Translations under genes and position numbers: made by a program
Notes under the pieces: generated by a model
The model's database searches: none
Told to the model about the DNA's origin: nothing
Seen by the model: only the letters and a program-made list of their open reading frames with translations
NCBI GenBank assembly: GCA_041640655.1
Contig: JBEPZV010000006.1
Span: forward strand, 1-64,000
Length of the DNA: 64,000 bases
Source of the DNA: a bacterium
Lineage (GTDB): Bacteria; Acidobacteriota; Blastocatellia; HR10
Direction: 5' to 3'
Part shown: positions 51,500 to 63,151 of the stretch, in pieces
Position numbering within the stretch: position 1 is the first letter of the stretch
Layout of the letters: each line of letters opens with the position of its first letter

Positions 51500-52306
51500 T
51501 CATGGTCGGGGCTCTCCCTGCCTATTCACCCCAGCCCCCTTCCCCAGCTCATGTGACGCCTCATCAGAAGCCGGATGAAGCGCAAGAGGGCCAATCCCCT
51601 CAAGGAACGACGTGAGTTCAGAAAGAGGGTGAACGACAGGAAGTGTCACAGGAGCGGACACAGGGAGCGGAAGCCACACTTCGCTACGTGCCGATTCGCC
51701 GAACGTCCTCACTCCGACCTTCTCCCTGTGCGCGAGCGCGCGCATCGGGCGCTTCGCCAGTCGCCGATCGGCCCGATGCTTCCCCAGCTTCTGTCCATTC
51801 CCGGCGACGAACGCCTTCCCCCCCACGGCGATCGCGCGCAGCGGTACCGAGAGAACACCCGAAGGAGCATCGCTCACGATCCGAAGCCAATCGGCGACAG
51901 CCCCCGGCTTTTCAGCAGCGAACGCCACATTCACCCGTACGCTCACGCCAGGACCAATCCGCGCCGGAAGCAAAGGAGCCCGCGCCACAGCGAACACCCC
52001 CTCAGTTCGAACCTCGGAGATCTTCACCGGAGCCGTCCCCACGTTCGTCAGGACGAAGGAGACCTCTCTCACACTCCCACAGGAGATGGATCCCAGGTCA
52101 CCATCCGAAGGCGAAAGGCGGAGCGCTGGAACTCCCCGTTCCTCCCCCCGCCAGAGAAGCCGCTCATCAGAGGATCGAGCGCTCCATCCGCCACGAAGTC
52201 CCTCCAGAGGAAAGCCGGAGAACGCTCCACCCCACAAGCGAAGGATCCCCGCACCCATCACCACACTCCCGCCAATGAGCACGAGCACAAGACGTCGCAC
52301 GCGCAT
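51500..52306 (-). CDS. Hypothetical membrane-anchored protein with an ASH/DUF1573-like Ig domain
   Basis: N-terminal hydrophobic segment and LTNVGTAPVKI..IGPG..VAF..LRIVSD. Confidence 0.65.
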   Translation of the reverse strand: MRVRRLVLVLIGGSVVMGAGILRLWGGAFSGFPLEGLRGGWSARSSDERLLWRGEERGVPALRLSPSDGDLGSISCGSVREVSFVLTNVGTAPVKISEVRTEGVFAVARAPLLPARIGPGVSVRVNVAFAAEKPGAVADWLRIVSDAPSGVLSVPLRAIAVGGKAFVAGNGQKLGKHRADRRLAKRPMRALAHREKVGVRTFGESARSEVWLPLPVSAPVTLPVVHPLSELTSFLEGIGPLALHPASDEASHELGKGAGVNRQGEPRP

Positions 52307-52413
52307 AGTCGCTCCTCCTCCACAAGATTCGGACTGAGCCTATCCACTTGTCCATCCACGTCCGCATGTCGGCCTGCATCTTGACTGAATCCGGACGAAA
52401 AGTCAAGCGAAAT

Positions 52414-54372
52414 CTACAGCCCCGACCTCTGCCCGACCGCGTGCGCGCCACGCATCCCCACGTAGATGCCTCCACCGGTCGAAGCTGCAAAAACCCGATC
52501 CCGATCATGAGGATCAAAGGCCACAATCCACGCCCGCCAGACCGCCCGATCAATCCGCCGCCACGTCTCCCCCCGATCGGATGAAAAGTACACCGCCCCC
52601 GTCCGATAGTCCGCGACCGACATCTCTCGTGGTTCATCAGGGCGAACGGCGATCGCCGTGACATCCGCATGAGGCAGTCCATGAGCACACCGCTCCCAAT
52701 CCCGGCCGCCGTTTCGCGATCGATAGAGTCCCCACGGAGTCCCGACGAAAAGAAGCTCAGGATCCTCCGGATGTTCAAGAAACACGTGAACTCTCCCCAG
52801 ACGGCGAGGTAACTCACGCTCTATCCATGAGGCACCACCATCGGCGCTCATCAGAAGGCGTCCCTCTGCCCCGATCCATATTCGCCCGGTCCGCCCCACG
52901 TGCACCACCACCCAGTCACCCCCCGAATGCACGCGCTCCCAACGGCCCTGCACCTCATCATAGCGAAAGAGTCCGCTGGCCGTGAGCGCCAGGATCTTTC
53001 CATCCCGAGTCTCGGCCAGCTGCCGAGTCTCCTCCGGTAAAGGAGGTCCTCTCCTCCAACTCCCCCCTCGATCGTCCGAGATGAAGAGTCCCATATCCGT
53101 GAGCACCCAGAGCCGTCGCCCCTCCCGCCGCGATTGCAGGATCACCCGTACCGATCCCGATACTCGCCCGCTCGGCCACCAGCTCATGCCGCCATCTTCG
53201 CTGATGAAGAGGCTGCCTTCAATCCCCCCCTTCATCACCCCACAGTAGATGCGCCCCGGGACATCTCGATCCACGAGAAGGCTCGTGACAACCCAACTGG
53301 AGAACCCTCGATTCGAAGGCTGAAACGTCATCCCCCCATCACGGCTGATCCAGATGCCCGCCTCTTCCGTAGCAATGAGAACACGCCGGGGTTCTTGAGG
53401 ATGAAGGGCGATGTCCTGGACAGTCAACCTTCTATTTGTTATCAGACGCCACGTTGCCCCGCCATCTCCCGTCCGCCACAACCCCTCGGTCGTCCCCGCA
53501 AAAAGCACCATGGTCTGCCCCACCGGCCGCGCCAACACCAAAACCCGACGACTTCGTGACGGCATCGCCGTCAAGCGCACCCAGCTTCGCCCTCCATTCG
53601 CCGAACGATAGACCCCCGTACACGCGCTCAACCACATGAGCTCCGGATCCCGTTCGTCCATGAGAATGCTGAAGATCTCCGAGTCGTCCAGAATCCCCGT
53701 CTCCCGACTCCCCGCCTTCACCCACGTCCGTCCCCCATCGGTCGTCTTCCAGGGCAAATGCCATGTCCCCACATACAGGACCTGATCCGACCGTGGATGA
53801 ATCGCCACGGACTCGATGTTTCGAATCTCCGGGTCTCCAGCCGGAGAGATCCGCCGCCACGATTCCCCCCGGTCCTCGCTCCGAAAGACTCCATCCAAAG
53901 CTCCGAAGATGAGAACTCGCGGAGCGCTCGGCGCTTGAGCCAGAGCCCGCACGGCATGCCCCTCCGTCCCCGACAAAAGCGCCCATGTCCGCCCGCCATC
54001 ACGACTCCGATAAATCCCCCCGTTGTTTTCAGCGAACACGGACCACCCCCCGACGTAGATCGTTTGAGAATCCTCCGCATCCACCAAGATGTCGGAGACG
54101 CAGAATCCCGGACGATGGAATCCCGAGAGCGCCTGCCAGCTCTCCCCTCCATCCTCGGAGAGGTAAAGTTGCCCATCGCAGGTTCCGACGAAGATCCGGT
54201 GCGGATCACGAGGATCAACGGCCAGCCGCCGTGCTTCTCCGCCAAACGGCCCCACCAGGGTCCAGGACCAGGGCGTCTCCCAATCGTCCTCCACACCCGG
54301 AACCACCATCACAAGCAGAAGAATCCCCACAAGCCCTCGCCCCATGTCCTCCTCCGCACGCCAGAGGTTCAC
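52414..54372 (-). CDS. Exported BNR/Asp-box (Ycf48/VPS10-like) beta-propeller protein
   Basis: Many SxDGGxTW repeats and a signal peptide; likely ATG at 54345. Confidence 0.85.
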   Translation of the reverse strand: MNLWRAEEDMGRGLVGILLLVMVVPGVEDDWETPWSWTLVGPFGGEARRLAVDPRDPHRIFVGTCDGQLYLSEDGGESWQALSGFHRPGFCVSDILVDAEDSQTIYVGGWSVFAENNGGIYRSRDGGRTWALLSGTEGHAVRALAQAPSAPRVLIFGALDGVFRSEDRGESWRRISPAGDPEIRNIESVAIHPRSDQVLYVGTWHLPWKTTDGGRTWVKAGSRETGILDDSEIFSILMDERDPELMWLSACTGVYRSANGGRSWVRLTAMPSRSRRVLVLARPVGQTMVLFAGTTEGLWRTGDGGATWRLITNRRLTVQDIALHPQEPRRVLIATEEAGIWISRDGGMTFQPSNRGFSSWVVTSLLVDRDVPGRIYCGVMKGGIEGSLFISEDGGMSWWPSGRVSGSVRVILQSRREGRRLWVLTDMGLFISDDRGGSWRRGPPLPEETRQLAETRDGKILALTASGLFRYDEVQGRWERVHSGGDWVVVHVGRTGRIWIGAEGRLLMSADGGASWIERELPRRLGRVHVFLEHPEDPELLFVGTPWGLYRSRNGGRDWERCAHGLPHADVTAIAVRPDEPREMSVADYRTGAVYFSSDRGETWRRIDRAVWRAWIVAFDPHDRDRVFAASTGGGIYVGMRGAHAVGQRSGL

Positions 54373-55649
54373 GCATAGATCCCGCGCATGCGCACGTCAT
54401 ACGCCACGCGATCAATGGCCAGCATGTACGCGGCCGTTCGCAAGCTCACCCCATATCGCTCCGCGTACTGGAGCACATCGCGAAAGCTGTTGGTCATGAC
54501 CTCCTTCAGCCGATGATTCACCACGCGCTCGCTCCAGAAATACCCCATTCGATCCTGCACCCACTCGAAGTAGCTCACCGTCACCCCTCCCGCATTCGCC
54601 AGAATGTCCGGCACCACGAGAATCCCTCGCTCCTGGAGAATACGATCGGCCTGCGCCGTCGTCGGTCCATTCGCCCCCTCGCAGAGGATGCGACAGCGAA
54701 TCCGCTCGGCATTGCGAGAGGTGATCTGGTTCTCGACGGCCGCCGGGACCAGCAGCTCGCACTCCAGCTCGAGCAACTCCTCATTGGTGATCGGCTCCGC
54801 CTGCGGGTACCCCAGAAAGCTCTTCTGCTGGCGGTGGTATTCCAGGACCTCGGGGATGTTCAGGCCGTCGGGATTGAAAATCCCTCCATGAACGTCCGAG
54901 ATGGCGATCACCTTGTACCCGGCCTCGTGCATGAGCCGAGCGGCGACCCCCCCGACATTGCCCGCCCCCTGAATGACGACCCGCGCCCCCTTGGGCGAGA
55001 GCCCCAGATGCCGAAAGGCCTCATTGGCCACGATCAAAAGCCCGCGTCCGGTCGCCTCGCGTCGTCCCTGCGATCCCCCCAAGCCAATCGGCTTCCCCGT
55101 CACCGACGCCGTCACCACATGGCGCGCGTGCATCGAGTACGTGTCCATGATCCAGGCCATGACCTGCTCGTCCGTATTCAAGTCCGGTGCCGGCACATCT
55201 CGCTCCGGTCCCAGGATGTCCAGAAGTTGCGCCGTATAGCGGCGGGTCAACCGTTCCAACTCCCCCCGCGACAACTCGGCCGGATTGCAGACGACGCCAC
55301 CTTTCGCCCCCCCGAAGGGGATATTCACGACCGCGCACTTCCAGGTCATCCACGCCGCCAGAGCCCGAATCTCATCCAACGTCACATCGGGCGCGAAGCG
55401 AATCCCCCCCTTGGCCGGCCCGCGCGCGAAGTTGTGCTGCACCCGATACCCGACGAAGACCTGCAAGTGCCCGTCATCCATGATCACAGGAATGTACACG
55501 GTCACCTCCAGGCTCGGATACCGCATGAACGTATAGAGGTCCGGTTCCAGACGCAGGAGCCGCGCCGCTTGATCGAAATGATAGAGCATGGAGTCGAGCG
55601 GATTCTCCTCCTTCACGTCTTCGACCTTCTCGAATTCTCTCATCGTCAC
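54369..55649 (-). CDS. Glu/Leu/Phe/Val dehydrogenase, glutamate dehydrogenase type
   Basis: [34 protein letters not shown] and [12 protein letters not shown]. Confidence 0.93.
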   Translation of the reverse strand: MTMREFEKVEDVKEENPLDSMLYHFDQAARLLRLEPDLYTFMRYPSLEVTVYIPVIMDDGHLQVFVGYRVQHNFARGPAKGGIRFAPDVTLDEIRALAAWMTWKCAVVNIPFGGAKGGVVCNPAELSRGELERLTRRYTAQLLDILGPERDVPAPDLNTDEQVMAWIMDTYSMHARHVVTASVTGKPIGLGGSQGRREATGRGLLIVANEAFRHLGLSPKGARVVIQGAGNVGGVAARLMHEAGYKVIAISDVHGGIFNPDGLNIPEVLEYHRQQKSFLGYPQAEPITNEELLELECELLVPAAVENQITSRNAERIRCRILCEGANGPTTAQADRILQERGILVVPDILANAGGVTVSYFEWVQDRMGYFWSERVVNHRLKEVMTNSFRDVLQYAERYGVSLRTAAYMLAIDRVAYDVRMRGIYA

Positions 55650-55771
55650 CCCTCGCTGCGGTGAAGATCATCCATCTCCGAGCAAGATTTTAGCACACGC
55701 CCCTGCGAAGACAACGCACGGGCTGCGCCCCATTGCCCAGAGAGACCGCATCTGCCTATACTTCTTCGCTT

Positions 55772-58597
55772 ATGGGAGAGAAGACGGCGCTCATCGTACG
55801 CGGCGCGCGCGTGCACAATCTCAAGAACATCACCTGCCAGATCCCGCACGGGAGTCTGACGGTCATCACCGGCGTCTCTGGATCGGGGAAGTCGAGCCTG
55901 GCCTTCGACACGATCTACGCCGAAGGGCAACGCCGATACGTGGAATCGCTCTCGGCCTACGCCCGCCAATTCCTGGAGCGAATGAGGAAGCCGGACGTGG
56001 ACGAGATCTCGGGCCTCTGCCCGACGATCGCCATTCACCAAAAGCCCCTCAGTCGGAATCCGCGCTCGACCGTCGCCACGCAGACGGAACTCTACGATTA
56101 CCTCCGATTGCTCTTTGCGCGGATTGGACGCGTCTTCTGCCTGAACTGCGGGATCGAAGTCACCCGCCAAACGCCCGAGACGATCGCCGATCACCTGCTA
56201 CAGTTTCCCGAAGGCCTCCGATTCTATGTCCTCTTCCCCCTCCGGCCAAAGGATCCGGTCGGCAACGGTCGCTCCCGACGCCGGCGCGATGACCTCTCGC
56301 CACAGGCGCATCTGCTCTCGCTGCGACAACGCGGCTTCACGCGCCTCTACGTGCAGGGGGATGTCCGGGAGATCACCGATCAGGAGGCGCTCCCCTCCCT
56401 GGAGGCGGCCAGCGTCCTCGTGGACCGCCTCGTCGTCCGACCCGACGTGCGATCGCGCTTGATCGACTCCCTGGAGTTATGCTATCGAGAAGGCGGTGGC
56501 ATCGCCGAGATCGTCCTGCTCAGCGATCCTCCGCAAAAGCTCACGTTCACGGAGCAGTTGACGTGCCCGCGCTGCCAGGCCCGTTACCTCGATCCCGAGC
56601 CCCAACTCTTCAGCTTCAACAGCGCCTACGGCGCGTGCCCGAGTTGCCAGGGATTCGGCAATCTCATCGGGCTCGATCTGGACCTGGTCATCCCAGATCG
56701 CGGGCGCTCCCTGCAAGAGGGCGCCATCGAGCCGTGGACGAAGCCGCAATTCGAGTGGGCGCAGGCCGAGCTGCTCGCCTTCTGCCGCCGCGCCAAAATC
56801 CCCACCGATGTCCCCTTCGCCCAACTCTCCCGAGAGCACCAGCGATGGATCCTCAACGGCAAGGATGACTTCCCCGGCGTGCGCGGCTTCTTCGAGTGGT
56901 TGGAGACCAAGAAATACAAGCTGCACGTGCGCGTCTTCTTGAGCAAATATCGCGGCTACACGACCTGCCCGACGTGCAAGGGGACGCGCCTGAAACCCGA
57001 AGCCTTGGCCGTGCGCGTCGGCGGGAAGACGCTCCCGGACATCTGCGCCATGAGCATCGGCGAGTGCGCCGCCTTCTTCCACGCCCTCACCCTCACGCCG
57101 CACGAGGACGCCATCGCCGGTCGGCTCCTGCATGAGATCCGACAGCGCCTGACGTTCCTGGTGGAGGTCGGCCTCGACTACATCACGCTTGATCGGCTCT
57201 CCTCCACCCTCTCCGGCGGAGAGGCGCAGCGCATCCAGCTCGCCACCAATCTCGGCGCTTCCCTGGTCGGCACCCTCTATGTCCTGGATGAGCCGAGCAT
57301 CGGACTGCATCCGCGCGATACCCACCGCCTCATCCGCCTCCTCAAGCGCCTGCGCGATATCGGCAACACCGTCCTGGTCGTCGAACACGACCGCGAGATG
57401 ATCCTCGCCGCCGATCACGTCATTGACCTCGGCCCGGGAGCGGGCGAGCACGGCGGCGAGGTCGTCTTCCAAGGTCCTCCCGAAGCGCTGCTCCGCAGCT
57501 CGACCTCGCTGACCGGGAAGTATCTGCGCGGTGAACTTCAAGTCCCCGTTCCTTCCATGCGCCTTCAGCCGACAGCGCGCCGCCTCTCGATTCGCGGCGC
57601 CCGCGCGCATAACCTCAAGGATATTGACCTGGACATCCCCCTGGAGATGATGGTCTGCATCACGGGCGTCTCCGGCTCCGGGAAGTCCACGCTCGTCTAC
57701 GACGTCATCTACGCCAATCTCAAAAAACAACGCGGGGAGTGGAACCAGCCCGTCGGTCCGGTCCGGAAGATCGAGGGAGGACAGTGGCTCGAAGACATCG
57801 TCCTCGTGGATCAATCCCCCATCGGACGCACCCCGCGCTCCAACCCGGCGACCTATCTGAAGGTCTTCGACGCCATCCGCGAGCTCTTCGCCGCCACGCG
57901 CGATGCCCAAGCGCGCGGCCTCACCCCCGCGCACTTCTCGTTCAATGTTCCCGGAGGCCGATGCGAAGCCTGTGAGGGCAACGGCGTCGTGACCGTCCAG
58001 ATGCAATTTCTGGCCGATGTCGAACTGATCTGCGAGCAGTGCCAGGGGACGCGCTTTCAACCGGCTCTTCTGGAGGTCCGGTATCGAGGGAAGACCATCC
58101 ATGATGTCCTCACCATGACCGTCCGCGAAGCTCTCCACTTCTTCGCCGATGTGCCGAAGATCACGCGGCGGTTGGAGATCCTGGATCACATCGGCCTCGG
58201 CTATATCCGCTTGGGCCAATCGGCGACAACCCTCTCCGGAGGCGAGGCCCAACGGATCAAGCTCGCCGCCCACCTGGCGAAGGAGACGAGTGCCCGAACC
58301 CTCTATCTCTTCGACGAACCGACCACGGGCCTTCACTTCGATGACGTGCACAAGCTGATCGCCGCCTTCCGCCGATTGATCGCCGCCGGAGGCTCGGTCA
58401 TCATCATCGAGCATAATCTGGACGTCATCAAAGCGGCGGACTGGATCATTGACCTCGGCCCCGAAGGCGGAGAGCGCGGTGGATATGTCGTCGCTCAAGG
58501 CCCACCGGAGGTGATCATGCGCGTCCCCGAATCGTACACGGGTCGGTTCCTCGCCGCCCACCTGCAACGAGAGAGAGAGACAACGTCCGCATCGTGA
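55772..58597 (+). CDS. uvrA: Excinuclease ABC subunit A
   Basis: Two ABC cassettes ([16 protein letters not shown]), HNLKNI and zinc-finger Cys pairs. Confidence 0.95.
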   Translation: MGEKTALIVRGARVHNLKNITCQIPHGSLTVITGVSGSGKSSLAFDTIYAEGQRRYVESLSAYARQFLERMRKPDVDEISGLCPTIAIHQKPLSRNPRSTVATQTELYDYLRLLFARIGRVFCLNCGIEVTRQTPETIADHLLQFPEGLRFYVLFPLRPKDPVGNGRSRRRRDDLSPQAHLLSLRQRGFTRLYVQGDVREITDQEALPSLEAASVLVDRLVVRPDVRSRLIDSLELCYREGGGIAEIVLLSDPPQKLTFTEQLTCPRCQARYLDPEPQLFSFNSAYGACPSCQGFGNLIGLDLDLVIPDRGRSLQEGAIEPWTKPQFEWAQAELLAFCRRAKIPTDVPFAQLSREHQRWILNGKDDFPGVRGFFEWLETKKYKLHVRVFLSKYRGYTTCPTCKGTRLKPEALAVRVGGKTLPDICAMSIGECAAFFHALTLTPHEDAIAGRLLHEIRQRLTFLVEVGLDYITLDRLSSTLSGGEAQRIQLATNLGASLVGTLYVLDEPSIGLHPRDTHRLIRLLKRLRDIGNTVLVVEHDREMILAADHVIDLGPGAGEHGGEVVFQGPPEALLRSSTSLTGKYLRGELQVPVPSMRLQPTARRLSIRGARAHNLKDIDLDIPLEMMVCITGVSGSGKSTLVYDVIYANLKKQRGEWNQPVGPVRKIEGGQWLEDIVLVDQSPIGRTPRSNPATYLKVFDAIRELFAATRDAQARGLTPAHFSFNVPGGRCEACEGNGVVTVQMQFLADVELICEQCQGTRFQPALLEVRYRGKTIHDVLTMTVREALHFFADVPKITRRLEILDHIGLGYIRLGQSATTLSGGEAQRIKLAAHLAKETSARTLYLFDEPTTGLHFDDVHKLIAAFRRLIAAGGSVIIIEHNLDVIKAADWIIDLGPEGGERGGYVVAQGPPEVIMRVPESYTGRFLAAHLQRERETTSAS

Positions 58598-58660
58598 CGG
58601 CCACTTTTCAGGCCGCACCGCGTGTGCTAAAGTACATCCTTCAGCATGGAGACGATGCCT

Positions 58661-59158
58661 ATGAAGCGATTCCTTGTGCTCACAGCCGCACTGATCGCCC
58701 TCGGAGCGCATCCCCACCCGCCGCAGAAGCGAATACCCCTGAAGCTCCCCTCCCTCGACGGTCGCACAGTGGATCTGGCCCAATATCGAGGGCAGATCAT
58801 CGTCCTCTCCTTCGGCGCCACCTGGTGCCCCCCATGTCGCGAGGAGCTGCCCGTCCTGCAAAAAGTCGCCGATCAGTACAAGGGACGCCCCGTCGCCTTC
58901 TTCTGGGTCAGCATAGATGATCCCGATGTCTCCGCGGAACAACTGCGCCAGTTCGTCTCGCGACTCGGCGTGCGTATCCCCGTGCTTCGCGATCCCGAGG
59001 CGAGCATCCTCCAGGAGTTCAAGACCGATGGAGTTCCTGCCCTCCTGATCCTCGATCGGGACGGAACCCCCATTGGCCCCCCGCACGTGGGCTTCGCCGA
59101 TCCGGAGAGCTACAGAAGCGAGCTGACCAAAACTCTTGAGGCCCTGCTCAAGCCATGA
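58661..59158 (+). CDS. TlpA-family thiol-disulfide oxidoreductase
   Basis: Signal peptide and ATWCPPCREE. Confidence 0.88.
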   Translation: MKRFLVLTAALIALGAHPHPPQKRIPLKLPSLDGRTVDLAQYRGQIIVLSFGATWCPPCREELPVLQKVADQYKGRPVAFFWVSIDDPDVSAEQLRQFVSRLGVRIPVLRDPEASILQEFKTDGVPALLILDRDGTPIGPPHVGFADPESYRSELTKTLEALLKP

Positions 59159-60057
59159 GCCCGCCCCCCGTGGTCCTGGAGACGAATATCCCGACCTATC
59201 CCCTCCTTCGTCGGGGGAAGGTCCGCGATATCTATGCCATTGATGAGGAGCGCCTGTTGATCGTCGCAACCGATCGCATCTCGGCGTTCGACGTCGTCCT
59301 GCCCGACGGGATCCCCGGTAAGGGAGCGATCCTCACCCAGCTCTCGGCCTTCTGGTTCCGCCTCCTGGAACCGATCGTCCCGCACCACCTCATCACGACG
59401 GAGATCGAAACGCTCGAGGGCCTCACGGCCGCCGAGCGCGATCTCTTGCGCGCGCGTAGCATGCTCGTCTATCGTGCTCGTCCAATCCCCATCGAATGCG
59501 TCGTCCGCGGGTACCTGGCGGGATCGGCCTGGAGCGAGTACCAACACTCGGGAACCGTCTGCGGCCTCCCCCTGCCCGAAGGGCTCGTTGAAGCCGCTCG
59601 CCTCCCGGAGCCGATCTTCACCCCGGCCATCAAAGCTGCCGAAGGACACGATGTCAATATCTCCGAGGCCGAGATGGCCGATCGCATCGGGACAGAGCTG
59701 ACCCGACGGCTCAAGGACCTCAGCCTGACGCTCTATAGCCGCGCTGCCGACTACGCCCTCGCCCGCGGCCTCATCCTCGCCGATACGAAGTTCGAGTTCG
59801 GATGGCGAGATGATGCGCTCCTGTGGATTGATGAAGCGCTGACGCCGGATTCCTCCCGCTTCTGGGCCGTCGAGGACTACGCGCCGGGACGTTCGCAACC
59901 CTCCTTCGATAAGCAATTCCTCCGCGACTATCTGAATGCCATCGGATGGGACAAATCGCCTCCGGCTCCCCACCTCCCCCAGCCCATCATCGAGCAAACG
60001 GCCGAGCGATACCGAACAGCATATCGCCTCTTGACTGGAGAGGACCTGAAGCCATGA
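59155..60057 (+). CDS. purC: SAICAR synthase
   Basis: GKVRDIY, TDRISAFD, DTKFEFG, TPDSSRFW and DKQFLR. Confidence 0.97.
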   Translation: MSPPPVVLETNIPTYPLLRRGKVRDIYAIDEERLLIVATDRISAFDVVLPDGIPGKGAILTQLSAFWFRLLEPIVPHHLITTEIETLEGLTAAERDLLRARSMLVYRARPIPIECVVRGYLAGSAWSEYQHSGTVCGLPLPEGLVEAARLPEPIFTPAIKAAEGHDVNISEAEMADRIGTELTRRLKDLSLTLYSRAADYALARGLILADTKFEFGWRDDALLWIDEALTPDSSRFWAVEDYAPGRSQPSFDKQFLRDYLNAIGWDKSPPAPHLPQPIIEQTAERYRTAYRLLTGEDLKP

Positions 60058-60542
60058 CCGTTCTCGATGCCCTCGTTCTCTTCACCGTCGGCCTCTCAAT
60101 GCTCAGGGGCTTCGCTCGAGGACTCGTGCGAAGCCTGATCACGACCATTGCCGCAATCGGTGGTTTCTTCCTGGCCAGCTCTTCCTACCGCGGGGCCGTG
60201 CCACTTGTCCGCCCCATGGTCGAATCTGAGACGATGGCCCACCTGCTCGCCTTCCTCGGCACCTATCTGCTTGTGCTCGCCATCGGCCTCATGCTCGCTC
60301 GCATTCTTCACTCGGGCGTGCGACGAGCCCATCTGAGCTGGCTCGATCACCTGATGGGCAGCCTCTTCGGATTCCTACGCGGATGGGCGCTCTGTTCGGT
60401 CGTCTACCTCGCCCTGAGCGTCTTCCCCTGGCACCCCGATCTGCTGCGCGAGAGCCGATCCTCCCCATATCTCGAGCGCGGAGCAGCACTCATCAGCCGC
60501 TTGGCCTCCCAACACCTGCCCCGTTTTCCATCCCCACTGTAG
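60054..60542 (+). CDS. cvpA: CvpA family membrane protein
   Basis: GFARGLVR and LDHLMGSLFGFLRG; hydrophobic; ATGA-coupled to purC. Confidence 0.85.
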   Translation: MTVLDALVLFTVGLSMLRGFARGLVRSLITTIAAIGGFFLASSSYRGAVPLVRPMVESETMAHLLAFLGTYLLVLAIGLMLARILHSGVRRAHLSWLDHLMGSLFGFLRGWALCSVVYLALSVFPWHPDLLRESRSSPYLERGAALISRLASQHLPRFPSPL

Positions 60543-60681
60543 GCGCGTCCCCCTTTGCTCCCTCCGCGCCATACGACGGGCCACGAAGACCACTCCAAAA
60601 ACCGCGAATTTAGTCCCCCCCCAGTGAGCGCGCGAACGATCCAAAAAGAATAGCAGTTATCGGACGTGAGTTTCACAAGAG

Positions 60682-61164
60682 CTAGAGCTTGTACCCGATC
60701 CGCCGAAGCAGCTCCTTTCGCTTCCCACGCTCTTCCTCACCCTCAACCCCTTTAGCGGCCAAACCATCTACCACGCCTAAAATCCCCCGCCCTTGCTCCG
60801 TCTCCACCAGAATGACCTGCACAGGATTGGCCGTCGCGCAATGGACCGTGCACACCTCCTGACAGGCCTTGATCGCGTTGAGGACATTGATCGGATATCC
60901 CTCTCGCAACAGGAGCACGAACGTATGCCCGGCTCCCAATTGCTGCGCATTCCGAATGGCCGCGTCCCGCAACTCCGCGTCGTTTCCCTCATGCCGGATC
61001 AAACACGGGCCGGACGCTTCGCAAAAGGCCAATCCGAATTTGAGATGTGGCGAGCTGGTCACCATCACCTCATAGAGATCCTCGACCGTCTTGATGAAAT
61101 GCGCATGCCCGACGATGATGTTGCAGCCGGGAGGAATCTCCAAGGGAACGATCTTCAATTCCAT
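60682..61164 (-). CDS. Adenosine-specific kinase family (DUF355)
   Basis: GHAHFIKTVEDL, AFCEASGPCL, CATANP and GRGILGVVDG. Confidence 0.9.
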   Translation of the reverse strand: MELKIVPLEIPPGCNIIVGHAHFIKTVEDLYEVMVTSSPHLKFGLAFCEASGPCLIRHEGNDAELRDAAIRNAQQLGAGHTFVLLLREGYPINVLNAIKACQEVCTVHCATANPVQVILVETEQGRGILGVVDGLAAKGVEGEEERGKRKELLRRIGYKL

Positions 61165-61246
61165 GCCTCCCTCCTCGATGTGTGAGATGGAGTCATATTC
61201 TGCCCGAGCGCGACGTGCTCACGCAAGCGCCCATGCCAATGCGCCC

Positions 61247-62884
61247 TCACACCTTCAGGATCGTCCTGCTCTCAACGGCGTCGCTCCCGGAAGCAGCGAA
61301 ATACGCCTCCAGAGGGACAGAGAAGCTCCGCTCGATCCTCTCTCGGAACGTGATCCCCGAGTTGTACGTGCAGAAGGGATAGATCCGCCCATCCGGCGCC
61401 GCGTAATGGATCACGCAGCGCATGACGCGATCGAGCTGATAGTTGTAAGCGTCCATGAAATGCATCCCGGCGACCATGAGTGTGCGATAGGTGAGGCGTT
61501 CCTCGTTCTCCCCGCGCCCGATGCGCTTATCCACAAGCCCCTCTAATGTCCGGAGGAACTTCGGATAGGTCAATCCCGGCGGGGCCGCTTCGGGACGGAA
61601 GAAGCGCCGGAGGACGACGTAGGCCAGGAGGGCCCGCCCCCTTCGGGACGGAACGCGCGCGATCCTCGGTGCCCATTCCCGAAAGGCCCGCAGCATCCCC
61701 TCCACATCCACGAAGCGCGTGACGGGAATCGCCGTCTTCGTGCGCGCATCCACAAAGAGGTAGGTCGCCAGCGAACAGTGGGGGTGACACGTGAGGGCGA
61801 TCGTCTCTTCCCCCTGCAATGCGCTCAGAAATTCCGAGAACGAGACGGTACACGGCGTGGGATACCAATCGTGATAGGTGTCCACGATCCCGGTCTGCTC
61901 GGCCAAGTCCTTCACCAGATCCGTGAGCGTATAGCGCATCTGCTGACGCTTCTTCTGCGCGATACGCCCGGTGAAGGTCACCGGCTGATAGGTGATCCCC
62001 GAGGCGACGTCTATGTTCTCGATGGCGAATCGCAGGATGCGGCCCACTTCGTGATCGTTCACGCCCCGCGCGACCGTCGGGACGAAGACGATCTTCAACC
62101 CGGCTCGACGAGCCGCCTCAACGGCTCGCAGCTTCAACTCCAAAAGCGCTTGCCCCCGCGTCCGGCGATAGATCTCATCGCTCAAGCCGTCGAACTGCAG
62201 ATAGAGCGTATGGAGTCCGGCCTCGGCGCACCGCTCGGCGAAATCCGGTTCGATGGCGAACCGAAGGCCATTGGTGGCGACCTGAATGTGCGAGAACCCC
62301 AGGTCTCGCGCCATCCTCACGGCTTCGAGGAAATGGGGGTAAATGGTCGGCTCCCCGCCGGAGAATTGAACGACGCGAGCCGCCACGGGGCGCATCTCGC
62401 GCAGTTGCCGAAGCATCCGAAAGACCTGCTCCAGCGACGGTTCGTACACATATCCCGCCGCGTTCGCATTGGCGAAGCAGACGGGGCAGGTCAGATTGCA
62501 CCGATTCGTCAGGTCAATATTGGCCAGCCCCGTATGGCTCACATGCATCTGACAGAGACCGCAGTCTTGCGGACACAACACGGCATCCGGCACGGCCGGA
62601 TTGGAAACCCCTCGTCCGCCCTCGAAGGCCCATTGCTCGGCCTTCAGGTAGAGGCGGACATCGGACCAGACGATGTCCTGAAACTCGCCGTGTTCGGGAC
62701 ACTGCTTCGCCATGAGCACCTTCTCCTCATGCTCGAAGAGTCGTGCCGGGATGATCCGGAGACATTCCGGACAGAGAGAGGCGACGGTCTTCGGCAATCC
62801 CGTCGCCAAAGGCGCAATGGGCGCTCCGCCATGAGTTCGCTCCGGAGAGCATCTGGCCGGCCTTCTCACCTTGAGCGGTCTCAT
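61247..62884 (-). CDS. Radical SAM enzyme, tetraether lipid synthase (Tes/MJ0619)-like
   Basis: CPEC..CPEHG, CPQDCGLCQMH, CNLTCPVC, HPHC, GMHFMD and RCVIHY..PDGRIYPFCTYN; ATG 62884 follows GGAGGAGG. Confidence 0.82.
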   Translation of the reverse strand: MRPLKVRRPARCSPERTHGGAPIAPLATGLPKTVASLCPECLRIIPARLFEHEEKVLMAKQCPEHGEFQDIVWSDVRLYLKAEQWAFEGGRGVSNPAVPDAVLCPQDCGLCQMHVSHTGLANIDLTNRCNLTCPVCFANANAAGYVYEPSLEQVFRMLRQLREMRPVAARVVQFSGGEPTIYPHFLEAVRMARDLGFSHIQVATNGLRFAIEPDFAERCAEAGLHTLYLQFDGLSDEIYRRTRGQALLELKLRAVEAARRAGLKIVFVPTVARGVNDHEVGRILRFAIENIDVASGITYQPVTFTGRIAQKKRQQMRYTLTDLVKDLAEQTGIVDTYHDWYPTPCTVSFSEFLSALQGEETIALTCHPHCSLATYLFVDARTKTAIPVTRFVDVEGMLRAFREWAPRIARVPSRRGRALLAYVVLRRFFRPEAAPPGLTYPKFLRTLEGLVDKRIGRGENEERLTYRTLMVAGMHFMDAYNYQLDRVMRCVIHYAAPDGRIYPFCTYNSGITFRERIERSFSVPLEAYFAASGSDAVESRTILKV

Positions 62885-63060
62885 AGGCCTCCTCCTCGAC
62901 CACCGTTTCTCGGACGAAAAGAACCCTTTACATGAATCTCTGAAAGCAAACATCGGGCCGGAGCTCGGCCTCCCCCTCACAAGTTCCCGAGCATGAGCCC
63001 GTTACCGCCATCTCGGGGATGCTCCCGGGACGAGCTCGAGCGCGGGATTTCCCGCGCCCT

Positions 63061-63076
63061 TGTGTGAAAAGACACA
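63061..63076. promoter_or_regulatory. Inverted repeat TGTGT-N6-ACACA (CRP/FNR-family-like site)
   Basis: tgtgtgaaaagacaca in the divergent tes-like/thiC intergenic region. Confidence 0.35.
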
Positions 63077-63086
63077 CCCACTGTCC

Positions 63087-63115
63087 TTGCCCCCCGATCC
63101 CCCCACAGCTATACT
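63087..63115 (+). promoter_or_regulatory. Putative sigma70 promoter for thiC
   Basis: TTGCCC-17 nt-TATACT. Confidence 0.65.
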
Positions 63116-63151
63116 TTCGGTCTTCGAAACCCTGAACGGGAGGCGCTGAAC

